Source: Cycas panzhihuaensis
Lineage: Eukaryota; Plantae; Cycadophyta
NCBI GenBank assembly: GCA_023213395.1
Contig: CM041465.1
Coordinates: 129,401,741 to 129,465,740 of the forward strand
Reading direction: 5' to 3'
DNA: 64,000 nt
Each line of letters begins with the position of its first letter. Position 1 is the stretch's first letter. Both the position numbers and the translations under genes were made by a program. The notes beneath the pieces were generated by a model, which was given only the letters and a program-made list of their open reading frames with translations, made no database searches and was not told the origin of the DNA. Below are positions 12,268-26,200 of the stretch, one piece after another.

Positions 12268-14953
12268 TGTTGGGTGTAATACCCAATTACATATCTATTC
12301 CCTTTCACATGTTCTCTAGTTTATTTATATTTTATATTAGACATCTCCTCGACTTGTATTTCACATAGAAATGTGTGTTAGCACACAACAATTTGACCAT
12401 TGAGGGTTATCACACATGTGGAGAGCTATACTATAAGTATATACGTTATCCTCATTATAATTTAGAGTTTGGTCATTCTTCCATTTCATTGTATTAATAT
12501 ATGTATGCTTCATCTTAATTCAACTTTATTTCTTTATTCTTTCACTCGCTCATTTAGTCTATTTTATCTTAATTGATTCATATTTCCATCATAGTATCAA
12601 ACTTGTGATTTATTTTCCAACAAATGGTACCAAAGCCTGAGGTTCAAATCCTTGAGGGTAGATTTTTTTAGACTATTTCATTCATCTTTTAAAGTCTTAT
12701 CATGTTGTTGAGGAATCTAATTTTGTTCCTATCTCAATGACTTGATTTGTTATCTTTTCCAAGTTTTTTTAAGGTTAATTTTTCATAAAATATTGATTTA
12801 TTAGGACTATTGTTTTACTATTATTTGAGATATATTTTGAGCTATTTTTATTACTGATTTTAAGTCATTTTAAGGGACTATTTTCATGTTATTATGAGTC
12901 TATTTTGAAGCCTATTTAAAGCTAATGAAAAGGTTGTTTGAAGCCTATTTTTTAAGTAGTTTGAAGCTTCTAAAAGACTTGCTTTTGAAGCCGCAACCAA
13001 GAGAAAAATTATGGTAGAAAAATGTAGATTGATATGCTAAAATACTACTTTTTGGTGACCTATTTTTTAAGTTCACATGGTGCCTATTTCAAGCATGTAG
13101 GCTCTCTAAAAAGAGGTTATTGCAGAAGCTTTTTTGAAGCTATATTTATTGTAAAAAATAGAGCAAACTAGCTTGAAATGCATGCTTGATCACACTATAG
13201 GTACAACCCAATTTGTTGTCAAAAAATAAAGGAAAAGGTAATTTTATGGCAATGTTTTAGCCTCAACATAAAGGCCTTTTCAAGTTTCTTATCACTAGGA
13301 TCCACTACCATATTTGAGACCAAATAAAAAAGACCATTGAAATGTTTTATTTTATATAGTCTTAAAATGACTTGTTAGTATATTTTGTAGCAATCCTTTT
13401 ATTAAAAGGGGGGGTGGGGGGGAATTATAAAGGTTCATGCAAAAAAAGGGAGGAGAAGTTTGAGAAGTTTGTTTTTGCCCTTTAAATATGTTATAGGGGC
13501 CATAAAGAAGATGTATAAACTAATTTATGTTAGAAACAAAAAACAAAAATTTGCCTCTCTATTTTGATGGCTCCCAATAGCTATTTTTTTAAGATAACTT
13601 CTCATTAAACCCTATAGATTTTTTTTGTGTTTATTAAAGAAATCAATTAGGACTTTGAATTTTCCATATTTAAGGTAGTGAATATGTTACTAAGCATGAG
13701 ATGTTTTCCTCTTTGAATTGAAATTTATATATAGCCTCCCTATATCATTCTTGCATTAGAAAGTAGTCTTCACTATATATATTATTTTAACAAAAAAGGG
13801 GGGAGTATGAGGCATAAGCAAAGGCTAAGAAGAGATCCCTGGCAGACGATAAATATGGAAATAGAGAGTAGACCTATCTTATCATATATTATAAAGATAA
13901 AGTCCTCAACTTGTAGAGATGAAACCTCTGAGATAATATTATTGAGCATAGACTAACCAAGGAGACAAAAATAAAGGTGGAAAAAAATATTAATGGCTTA
14001 TTGATCTGAGAAAATTTAAACAAATAGAAGATCAGTGCCTACCAATAAAGGAGACATATGGATAAAAGAATAACTCATAAAGGGTATCTTTGGAAGATAG
14101 TCCATCAGTTGCTCATTGAATTATCAGTAGGCCTATGATCCAAAGGTGAACAAATGTAGGAAGAAACATGTAAAATAATTATGTCACACAAACAACACAA
14201 ACCTGATGATGATAAGGATGACCTCTCGACTCACTAGATAAATGCCACCAAGAGAATTGCCCTACATAGATGATGAGTAGTGACCAAACCCTTCAAATAT
14301 AAGGAAGGAGAGCAATACCCTTGAAAATACATCTCATACATAAAAGAGAGATGAATAAGTCACTGTTTCTATGAACAAGATATAGAGCATGATAATAGAA
14401 GGTTATTAGACTAATATGAGTTACATGCATCATCATCGATGCCATTCAAAGTTGCCTATACATTTGACTTGCAAAACATAGTAGATAAACATATTTTATG
14501 ACCCTAATATTAGGTTTAATTTTTATTTTGGTGGATTCAATATTTGATATTAAAAGTTTTACAAGTTTAAACTTAAATTTAACTATTTTTTATATATTTT
14601 TTAAATCCACCCAAATGCCAAAAGATTATGAAATCTGATTAATCATTTTTGTAAATGCAAAAATGATTAAATTCACTTAATTTTTATTTGAGATACATAA
14701 ATCCCTTGGAGTTAATCCCTCAATCATATAAAGGTGCCCACATGATCACCCACTAGCTAGTGAAAGGGGTTAAGTCCCTATTTTTAGTCTAAAAGGAGTC
14801 ATCATCATTATTTTGTTTATAACTTGAGTATACAGACTCCTTTTCTAGTGTTGTCTATTGTGTTAGGATTGTAACTAAGAGAATTTTATTTTGACATATC
14901 ACTTGACATTATTTGGAGATGATTTAATGTACGTATTTTAGCTTAACATCAAA

Positions 14954-14993
<40 letters not shown>

Positions 14994-16035
14994 TTTAGTA
15001 CATACATATATTTTTCAAGGTTTCATGTCATTTGTTGTATATTTTATTGATATAATATACCCCAAATAGAGGGCTAACATGTAAACTTTATTATATAGGC
15101 TTATTTTAGGCTCTAAAGAATCTATATTTATTAAAAAATCATTAAAATTTATTATTGGAGAGAGGTATTTAATATGTATTTGAGTCACATCTACTTTTTA
15201 GTCATGGTTATAAAATTTATTACTAGATATTGTAGCCCATTAAGGCCATTACAACCCCATAGTGGCATGATTTATAGCCTATAAATGATATTTATAGGCC
15301 CACGGAAGCAAATTTGAAGTTATAACACCATTGTAAGGCCATAATGTCATCTGTTTCTAGCCATTATAGCTAAAGAGTTACTTACATTATCCCATATTAG
15401 TAAGAGGTAGGACCATTTTCAACTACTCTGACATGTTTTTTTATTAGCTTACCTATTTAGCCACGTAGGATGACATGTTCCTAGAATGGAGCTGACTTGG
15501 CACTGACTATACCACGTACATGAAAGAGCATCCTAACTAACTAGCAATCACAATGATTAATTACCCATATACTTTGATGAAACAAGTTTACTTCATAGAT
15601 GTCATTAGTAGATTATGTTATTGTAGTACATTGTTTTAGTAGGTTCAAATACTCACAATTATCATATGATGTGACATTTTATTTTATACACTTACTTAAT
15701 ATAGGGGGAAATGTTATGTCTAATACCTAATTATATATTTATCTCTATTCATATTCTCTCTAGTTTATTTGTATTTTACATTAGAGGTCTCCTTGAATTA
15801 TGTGCCACATAGAAATATCTACCATCACACAACAAGTTGACCATTAAGGGTTCTCATATATGTAGTGAGTTGTACTATAAGTATGTATATTATCTTTATT
15901 CTAATTTAAAGTTTGGTCATTCTCCCATTTCATTGTTTCAACATGTACATTCTTCATCTTCATTAAGCTTCATTCTTTATTCTTTCACTCAATCATTTTT
16001 ATCATGGTATCATACCTGTGATTCCTTTTCTAACA
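12268..16035 (+). mobile_element. Non-autonomous LTR retroelement 'A' (LARD-like, no gag/pol recognisable)
   Basis: LTRs at 12268-12622 and 15712-16035. PBS tggtaccaaagcc at 12625-12637. PPT atagggggaa at 15701-15710. TSD GGAAA/GGAAG. No retroelement ORF in the ORF track. Confidence 0.85.
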
Positions 16036-16436
16036 GGAAGACGCCAAAGTGAAAGAGGAAGAGGAAAAAGTAATAGTCTAACCTAATGCTATTACAGACA
16101 AATATATCATGTATATACACAACAAAGCACACAACAAAATTGACGTGGAAAACCTCATGGTAAAAATTGACCACAGAATATGGATTACATTGATACTAAA
16201 TAGTTAAAATATAAATGGACTTTAGATCCCTTTAAATAGATCCATAAGTGCCGCAAACATTACAATGATATTACATCCATCAGCTCATATAATAACACAT
16301 TATTACATCATATACATTTGCATAATACTTTACCATATTGACATTAGTCTAGATAAGTGGGTAACATGCCACTTTAACATCCCCCCTTAATGCAAATGTG
16401 GGGTCTTAAAGTCTTCCCAAGGGTACTTTTATTTAT

Positions 16437-18880
16437 CCTTCAATAATAGCTCCAAATAAGCTTTGAACAACCTCTAAACAATATCAAAATAGCCCCTTTA
16501 AATTTTAAGTAACCTGCCAAATCCAATACAACTAATAAGACTAAAAACAAAGTTTATATGCTCAAGTTACAGCCAAAACAATGGTAAGGACTCCATGAAA
16601 ACTAAAATTTAGGGGCTTAGCCCCTTTTACTAGCTAATAGAAGGTTGTATGAGTGTTGTAATATGATCAGGGGCTTAAGAGATAAGAGGTTGGGCAAACC
16701 CAAAATAATATCAAATATAATTAAATCAATTTTTACAAATAAAAAAGTATATATATTAATGCCCTTGAATAATATTTCATGTCTGTCAACATTTAAAAAC
16801 CATAACATATCATATGTATATTAGAAAAAAGTAACTATTAATTGATTAAAGTAATATTAACCCTAAAAATTTTAGGGTTCTATCATTTCTTTATTTTATT
16901 CATCTGTGCAGCGGCCATTGAATTTTTTTGTGCAAAGCAGAGAGGCAGAGCATCAGCCCATGGGTCTAATTGTAATATCTTCCATTGATTTCCTTTTTTA
17001 GTGATTTCTTGCCATCCCAAGTTTATGTCTGACAAACAGGGGCCCCATTTTGTAAAATGGAGCTACAAAAAATTCAATCGCAGAGATGCAGGCTTCTTAA
17101 GAATAGAGATGGTAAGGGTTTCTAGATGTATGCATTTCTCCACCTATGATTCATTGTGGAGCAAATCCTTTATCTTCATTCTGTATAATCTTCAAAATAC
17201 ATCGAGTATATCTAAAAGTTTGGGTTTGTGCCTAGATTTACAAAGCAATAGTTATGGATTTTCCTAGAATGCGACCTCCAGTTGCATAATTTTTACTACC
17301 ACTTGCCAATAAATACTTATACGCCTCTAACCCTAAAATGCTTATTTGATATCTCAGTGCATGGGAACATGTCTTTCATAGGAATGTAATGTGTAGGACA
17401 TTATCATTACACCTTCCCTACATCTCCATGTTCTACATGCTAACTCATCTTTCATCACTTTCTTTTTCTTATTTCCTACATCAAGGAATGAAAACTCTTT
17501 GACCAACTGGGTATGTTCAAAGTAGGGATTAAGGTAGAAAGTAAAGGCAATAGAATACCCAAACTTCATATCTTTGAAATCATTAACATCAAGAGATTGT
17601 AAATATTTGAAGACCTTTTGGTCTTCTTTGGTCAAAAGATCACACAATGCAGGATGACTCAGAAATATAATGAGCCAAAATCAAGAATTGTTTAAATGAT
17701 ATCATTTTGTTTATCATAAATTGGTTATCTTATCTTATTATATTTCTGCTCCACTTCTAGCACTTTATCATTGTCTTCTTCCTTGACTCATAATTAATAA
17801 TGGCATGTGAACCTACCAATTTTATATTGTGATCTCATTCCTTGAAATCTTAGAGCTTGCATAACAATCAACAATTATAATGGCAGCATCCATAATTAAT
17901 GTTGCAAACAATTATTACAAGACCTTTATTTTTTTTGTATTTTTCATAGTAGATTTAATGCATTTGACTCCCTCTTACAGATAACATATTTGTTGTTTGT
18001 GTAAGGTGATCAAGCTTACATTTAGAGCTCTTTTGTAATAGTTTTTGTTTTAAATAATAAGCCTCAAATATATGTTTTACAACCCTTGAATCAGAACTTG
18101 CATATTATAAAATGGTCCTACATGTAGCCTAAAATTTGGTTATAAAAGGCATAAATCTATAGCTTCAAAAATAACTCTACAGTAGCTTTAAAATCTCTAA
18201 AAAATAGGCTTAAAAAATAGTCTTAAAACAACTTCAAAATAGGCTTTAAAGTAGCCTTCAATAGCAGCTCTAAATAGGCTTTGAACAACCTCTAAACAAC
18301 ATCAAAATAACCTCTTTAAATTTAAAAATTTAATTATAAAACAACCCCAAATACTTCAAAAAATAGTCATTTAAAAATATGTATAAAGTGCAACAGAAGT
18401 TGGATTTAAATAACTTGAAATAATCCTTCAAATGAACAATAAACATGTCACTAATCAGGCACTTCTTTAAAAAATGAACAAGATTTCTAAAAAATCAAAA
18501 GGATAACATGTATAAAGAATATATAATTTTGCCCCCAAAGATTTAAGCCTTAGGCTCTGATACCATGTCAGAATTTGAATATGCTATAAATACACAAAAA
18601 TGGAATATGATGGTGAGTTAAAGATATAATAACAAAGCACAAATAAGATGAAGTATATACAAATGAACACAAGATATAAAGAAATGACCAAAACTTAAAT
18701 TAGATTAAATGATAATGTATATACTTATAGTACAAGCTCACCATTAATAAGAGAACCTCATTATTTAATTTTTAAAATGGCACATATCTTTATATAGCTT
18801 ACAACCTCAAATATAAAATATAGATAATATACAAAGAGTGTACATAAGGGTAATTATGTAATTGGGCATTACACTCAATA
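16437..18880 (-). mobile_element. A-family non-autonomous LTR element (3' end lost) carrying an NRP gene fragment
   Basis: 5' LTR at 18566-18880; its rc start tattgagtgtaatgcccaattaca matches LTR A. PBS ggctctgatacca at 18553-18565. Block 16505-16680 (rc) matches element A 14740-14910. Confidence 0.8.
17470..17947 (-). pseudogene. NRP: Captured fragment of NAP1-related protein (NRP1/NRP2, SET/TAF-I-like histone chaperone)
   Basis: Minus-strand translation [103 protein letters not shown] matches NRP-family motifs (VLEVEQKYN, FLSHPAL.DLL..EDQK.FKYL, GYSI.F.F..NP.FE). It contains stops and a frameshift. Confidence 0.9.
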
Positions 18881-20169
18881 TAAATAACTATCACAACAAC
18901 TTCTACCCAAAGCATAGGAGGCAGATTCTTAGAATGCACCATACACCTCACCATCTCTATCATGGTATGGTTTTTCCTTTATATAACACCATTTTGTTAT
19001 GGGATATATGGAATAGTCAACATCCATTTGATACCATGATTAAGGCAGAACTAATTAAAGGCATTATTGTCATACTCCTTTATATTATCACTACTTAAAT
19101 TTTTTCTTTTCTTATTACACTCATTTTCAACACTAACCTTCCATTCATAAAATCTATCAAATATACTAGACTTATTCTTCGAAAAGAATACCAAGGATTT
19201 TCTATTATAATTATCTATAAACACGAGGATAAATCGATCACTAAAAATAGAAGGATTGGATAGAGGGCCCATCAAATTAGTATAAATAAGTTCTAACTTC
19301 TCCTTTGCTCTCCATGCACTATCCTTGACAAATAGATAATGATGGTCCTTTCTATATATATACATCCCTCATAAACACCCTTTAAATATTAGGCATGTGG
19401 CAACCTTACCACCATATTCAATATATTCATTAGGTTGATGCTTCTATAGTTAAGATGACCTAAATGCTCATGCCATAACTTATTCATATCATCAACACTA
19501 GTAACAAAAACATAAGAATCCTATTAGGCTCTAAATTTCTTAAACACCCAAAAGTTATACTACACTCTCCAAGTAGTAATAATAGAGAAGTTCTTCTTAG
19601 GATTCTTAACTATGTATCTATTATTGTAGAGATTAATTTTCATATCTTGCTTATAGATTTCACAAGCAAAAAGAAGATTAAGCTTCATCTTAGGCACATA
19701 GCAAACACCGTTAAACTTATCTCCTACAAGTGAAATAGAAACACCACCTTCTACAAGCAAAGCATAAGCATCTCTAAGAATCACATTAGCATCACTTATA
19801 CCTACATGTATGGCATTAAAATTTTGCTTTTAAAAGGTGATGTATCTCTATGCACTAAAATCTAAGATCCAACAGTCTTTTTGATTTGACTTAGATGATA
19901 ACATTCATACCCTAACATAATGTGCCACTATACTCTTCCCCTTATCATCTTAGTTAGCCTTATGCTTATATCACTTCTTAAAATAATAATTCTTTTATTT
20001 ATGGTTTTATTTCTTACAGTAATTACACTTACCAATAAACTTCTTCTTCTCATGAGAGGTATCATATATTTTCTTTGTAAACTTGCCCTCCTAAGCTACA
20101 TCCTTTCTTTACATCTTCATGATCAAAGCCCGATTTGAACTAGAACCAGTAAGCATTCTATGATACTTT
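18881..20169 (-). pseudogene. Duplicated piece of Copia B (gag end, protease, GAG-pre-integrase, integrase)
   Basis: ORFs 19051-19365 (WRAKEKLELIYTNLMGP..FIDNYNRK) and 19560-19784; collinear with 32675-33960. Confidence 0.9.
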
Positions 20170-21910
20170 AAGGAAGGAGAGTAATACCCCTGCAAATACA
20201 CCATCATACATAGAAGAGAGATGAATAAGTTGCCCATTGCTATAAACGAGGTGTAAAGCATGATAACATAAGGTTATTAGATAATGTGAGTTGTATGTAT
20301 CATCATCACTACCATTTAAAGCTGCTTACAAATTTGACCTATAAAAGAAAATGTAAACAAACATATTTCATAACCCTATTGTTAGGTTTAATTTTTATTT
20401 TTTAGTGGATTTAATATTTGATATTAAAAAGTTTGCAAGTTTAAACTTAAATTTAACTATTTTTTATATAATTTTCAAATCCACCCAAACATAAAAAGAT
20501 TATAAAATCTTATTAATCATTTTTGCAAATGTAAAAATGATTAAATTCACTTAATTTTTATTTGATATCTATAGATCCCTTGGAGTTAAACCCCTAGTCA
20601 TATGGAGGTGCTTACATGACCACCTACTAGCCAGGGAAAGGGGCTAAATCCCTATTTTTTAGCCTAGAAGGAGTCATCATTATTGTTTTGCTTATAACTT
20701 GAGCATACAGACTCCTTTTTCAGTCTTGTCTGTTATGTTGGGATTGTAATTGAGAGAGTTTCATTTTGGCATGTCACTTGACATCGTTTGGAGATGATTT
20801 GGTATATGTATTTTAGCTTAAAATTAAAAGTTTTTTTTTTAACTTTACTTTCTACTTTTTTTCAATATTTTCAAGCATATACATATATTTTCCAAGGTTC
20901 CATATCATTTGTTATAGATTTTATTGATATAATATACCTCAAATAGAGGAGTAACATGTAAACTTTATCATATAGGCTTATTTTAGGCTCTAAAGAATCC
21001 ATATTTATTAAAAAATCATTAAAATTTATTATTGGAGAGTTATTTAACATGTATTTGAGTCACATCTACTTTTCAATCATGGTCATGACATTTATTACTA
21101 GATATTATAACCTATTAAGGCCATTATAAGCCCATAGTGGCATGCTTTATAGCCCATAAGTGGAATTTGTAAGCCCATGGAAGCAAATTTAAGGCTATAA
21201 TACCATTGTAAGGCCATAGTACCATCTATTTCTAGCCATTATAGCCAAATAGTTACTTGCATTGTTCCATATTAGTAAGAGGTAAGACCATGTTTAACTA
21301 CTCTTGTATATTTCTTTATTAGCTTACCTATTCATCCATGTAGAATGATGTTTTCCTAAGATGGAGCTAACTTGGCACTGACTGCACCATGTATGTGAAG
21401 GAGTATCGTAGCTAACTAGTGATCATAATGATTGGTTATCCATATGGTCTAGTAAATGGAGTTTACTTCATATAGATGTTAATAGTAGGTTATGTTATTA
21501 TAGGAGATTGTTTTAGCATATTTGAAGACTCACACTTATCATTTAATGTGACATTTCATTTTATCTAATTGTCTATTATAGGGGGAATATTATATGTAAT
21601 ACTTAATTACATATTTATCACCATTCACACAGTCTCTAGTTTATTTATATTTTATATTAGAGGTCTCTTTAAAGTATATGCCACATAGAAATATGTGTCG
21701 TCATATAATAAGTTGACCATTGAGGGTTCTTATACATGTAGAGAGTTATACTATAAGTATATACATCATCTTTATTTAATTTAAAATTTGGCCATTTTTC
21801 CATTTTATTGTGTTAATACATACATGCTTCATCTTCATTGAGCTTCTTTCTTTATTCTTTTGCTTACCCATTTCTATCATGGTATCATACATGTGATTTC
21901 TTTTCTAATA
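20170..21910 (+). mobile_element. Duplicated 3' half of element A, including its 3' LTR (21588-21910)
   Basis: Collinear with 14301-16035 and followed by the same flank (gcaag vs ggaag). Confidence 0.9.
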
Positions 21911-23216
21911 GCAAGAAGCCAAAGTGAAAGAGGAAGAGGAAAAAGAAATACTCTAACCTAATGTTATTATTATAAAATATTAAAAATCATAGACAAATAG
22001 ATCATTTATGTACATAATAAGCATGAAATGAACTGACACATAATACAATTGACGTAGAAAACCTTATGGTAAAAATTCACCACATAATATGGATTACATC
22101 GATATAGAATCATTAAAGTACGAATAGACTTTGGATCCCTTCAATAGATCCATAAGTACTTTAAATATTATAATGAGATTACATCTATTGACTCATATAA
22201 TAACACATTATTACATCATATATATTTGCACAATACTTTATCATATTGATATTAGTTTAGATAAGTGGATAACATGCTACTTTAACATCCCCCTTAATGT
22301 AAATATGTAGTCTTAAAGTCTTTCCAAGGGTTAATCTTTCTCTTTATATTTATTAATAGATCCCTCCTCAAAGATAACTTCATTAAGTCCTAAATTTATA
22401 GGAACCTTGATAAAGCAATCTTCAGTAAGAGCTTTGGTGAATATGTCCACAAGTTATTCTTCACTTAAACAAAACTCAACCTGTAACTTTCCTAATTTGA
22501 TCTGATCACAGATATAATACTGTTAAATCTTGATGTGCTTCATACATGTGTAAAATTCTAGATTCTTTAAAAGTTGAATAGCACTCTAATTATCAATGTG
22601 AATAACATGTGTACTAAAAGATATTCCAAGAGTCTCTAAAGTTCCCTACAACCGTACAACTTCCCTCGCATCGATACTTAGTCCTTGGTACTCAGCCTAT
22701 GTAGAAGATAAAGTAATGATGGATTACTTTTTATATTTCCATAAAATAAACCCATTGTTAATACCAATAATGAACCTTACAGTTGATTTCCTATCTTCTA
22801 CATCTCTACCCTAATCTGCATTATTATACCCATGCAAGTTTGCCTCTCTACCATGAAGGTATTTAAGGCCAAGATTAAGTGTACCTTTAACATACTTCAA
22901 AATCCTCTTTACAATAACCCAATGAGGTTCTTAGGGATTCTGCATATAATGAGATACCAACCAATAACATAAGTAATATCAAACCTAGTATAAGTTAAGT
23001 AAATCAAACTCTCTACCAATTGTTAATATAAAGTCCCATCTATTGTTGGCTTCTTTATATCCTTTAGAAGCTTTATGCCTTTTATATATGGTGTCTTCAT
23101 TAGTTTATAATCCTTCATATTAAATCTCTCAAGTAGGTTTTTATCATACCTCAATTATGACATCGTGATATGATCATCTATCTACCTAATCTTAATACCC
23201 AAGAAGTAATGAAGAC

Positions 23217-26200
23217 TGTTGAGAAAACTAGGTCCTAATAACTAGAAACTACCACTAAGATCTAAATTATTTTGTAATTAGTTATAGAAAATGAAATTAA
23301 AATTTAGTATGCAAGTTCTTAAACTAGAGATAATATAATAAACAAACCAAAAAGCTAAAACAGTACATATACACCAAATATAACATGGTAGAACCCTAGC
23401 AGTATGCTAGGGAACATCCATATAGGAAAAATATCGATCTTTATTATCTAAGAATAGAGAAATATACATAATCTATAGTAGAATGCCCACAGCAATAACA
23501 ACCAACCACTTTTACTTCTCATGGTATATCAAATACCATTAACATAATGAAAAAATTCTCTAAATCGGCTATATGAGAGAGTCATACAAGGCACAAATCT
23601 TGACCATTAAATATAGGGTATTTTAAATGAATGGCCCTAATTCTCTTTATAATTTAATATGTTTTACAGTGTTAGCTTTTTTAGTCGAGGGCTACCACCC
23701 TTAAACCTCCTCTTTATAGGGGGAGAGTGGGGTTTTGGTACTCTCTGTACCCCTCTCTCACCCCTTAGATCCCCTCACAGAAGTTAAGGGAAGAAACTAT
23801 GCTACCAACCTGTCAAAATTTTTGCCTCCAAAATATTATTGTCATATTATCTAACAATCTCTACCTTGATAATAATTTACCTGATACCTTTCCTATACCA
23901 TTCATCACCTTTTCTACAAGCCAAGAGAAGTTAAACATCATCTAAACTTCTCCAATAGTACTGATTTTATGAACTTGTCAGCATAATTCTATTTTGTTTT
24001 AACCTTCTCAAGTGCCATTCCACCTGATTCCATAACTTATTTAATAAAATGATACTTAAGAGTAATATGCTCTATCCTACTATGATAAGTTGGATTCTTT
24101 GCTAAGTAAATAGCACTTTGACTATTATAAAATACCTTTAGCTTTTCCTATTTCCTTCCAAGCTCAACCAATAGACCCTACAACTAGATTTCTTCCTTAC
24201 AAGCATGTGCTTCAGTAATATATTATACTTTTATAGTAGATAATGTAATTGCACTCTACAATTTTGACATCCAACTAACCAGACCATTTGCAAGAATAAA
24301 AACATAACCTGAAGTAGACCTTCTCTTATCTAAATCACTTATAAAGTTTGAATCAATATATCCATAAACCTGATTACATGTACCACCAAATATAATGTAA
24401 TAGTGATATGTGCCTCTCAAATACTAAAGCACCTATTCCACTATTTCCCAATGTTCCTTTCATGGATTTGCCATAAACCTACTAACTACACGTGAAATTC
24501 TAGGTCTTATACATACCATGGCATACATCAAATTTTCTATTGCACTAGCATAAGGTACGTAAGATATATAATCCTTTTCTTCTTTACTACTAGGACTCAT
24601 ACTTGAAGAAAGCTTGAAATGAGAAGCCAACAAGATACTCACCGGTTTCACATTTGCCATACCAAATCTAGTTAGCAACTTCTCTACATATTTCTATTGT
24701 GATAACCATAGCTTACCATTTTTTCTGTCTCTATGCATCTCCATGCCTAAGATTTGTTTTATAGCTCCTAGACCCTTTATATAAAAATTCCTAGCCAATT
24801 AAGCCTTTAACTTATTGATTTCTGCCATACTCTTGCTTGCAACTAGTATGTCATCAACATATAATACCAAGATAATAAATAAGTCATTGTCTAAGAATTT
24901 AAAGTAATCATAATGATCATACTTACTTCTTTTAAAATTTTAGCTCTCTATGAAGGTATCAAACTTCTTGTATCATTGCTTGGGTGATTACTTTAGGTCA
25001 TATAATGATTTCCTGAGCCTACAAATAAATATTTTCTTGTCATCCTATACAAACCTTTCTGACTAATCTATATAGATCTCCTCATCTAAATCTCCATACA
25101 AAAAAATTATTTCTAAATCTAACTGCTTTAACTCCAAATCAAAAGAAGCTACCAATACTAACAAAACCTGAATTGAAATAAGTTTAACAAGTGGTGAAAA
25201 GATCTTGTGAAAATCAATACTGGCTTTTTGTGTAAAGCCTTTAGCCACTAGTCTTACCCTGTATTTGTCAACCTTTCCATCAACATCTATTTTCTTCTTA
25301 AAAACCCACTTGCAACTAAAAATCTTCCTTCCATATGGAAGTTCTACCAAGCCCCATGAATTATTTTTCTCCAAAATATCTATTTCTTCCTATATAGCCC
25401 TCTTCCACATCTCATTATAGATATCATCTACCACTTTCTGATAGTATGTAGGCTCACCATCATTAGAAACTAAAGTAATAGAAATAGAAAGGTTGTACAT
25501 ATCAGGTGGATAACTAAGTCATATAGATCTTCTCATAGTTGGTGGAGGAGTGTCCACATACTCCTGTAAATATGTTACAGATTCATCTTCAGAAAACTCT
25601 TCCTACTTTTCCATTTCCAAAGATGGTTAGGTCTCAAGATTGACCTACTAATATTCAACTTTCTGCTCATGTTTTACTTTAACTTCTACACTATCTGATT
25701 TTAGAAAAAGAGATTCATCAAATACAACATCTCTATTAATAGTGATTTTATAGGCAGTAGGATCCCACAACCTATATCCCTTCACACCATCTCTATCAAC
25801 ATAACCAACAAAGATATATCTCTTAGATTTTAGGTCTAACTTTGAATGTTGACTTTTATTAGTAAAGTCATAAGCATCATAACCAAAAACTTTTAAATTT
25901 GAGTAGTCACATGGATGTTTAATCCATACCTCTTTAGGAATCTTATAGTCTATTACAAGTGATAGTGACTTATTTACCAGATAACAAGCTATCTGAATAG
26001 CTTCTATCCATAAGCCTTAGTCTACTTTTATAGTACTCAGCATGCTTCTCACTCTTTCCAAGAGTGTCATGTTCATGTGCTCAGTTATGTTATTCTACTA
26101 TGGAGTATAACCAGTGGTCTTATGCCTTTTAATCCTAACTTCTCTGTAATAGTTCGCAAACTCTAAGGAGTTGAACTCACCTCCATTATTAGTTCTTAAA

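Larger units (their letters stand above)
14301..20169 (+). repeat. First copy of a local tandem duplication (14301-16424 matches 20170-22331; 18881-20171 matches 32675-33960)
   Basis: Collinear similarity running across element junctions: element A 3' half, its LTR, host gag, Copia B LTR and Copia B integrase-gag. Confidence 0.85.

Noticed and set aside
17354-17647. Functional NRP gene
   Set aside because: In-frame stops and a frameshift upstream, C-terminus missing, and embedded in an LTR element
23686-23790. G/C-run motif in Copia C LTRs as a ribozyme or 5S (Cassandra) domain
   Set aside because: No hammerhead core or 5S rRNA similarity visible, and the two LTRs differ by indels here
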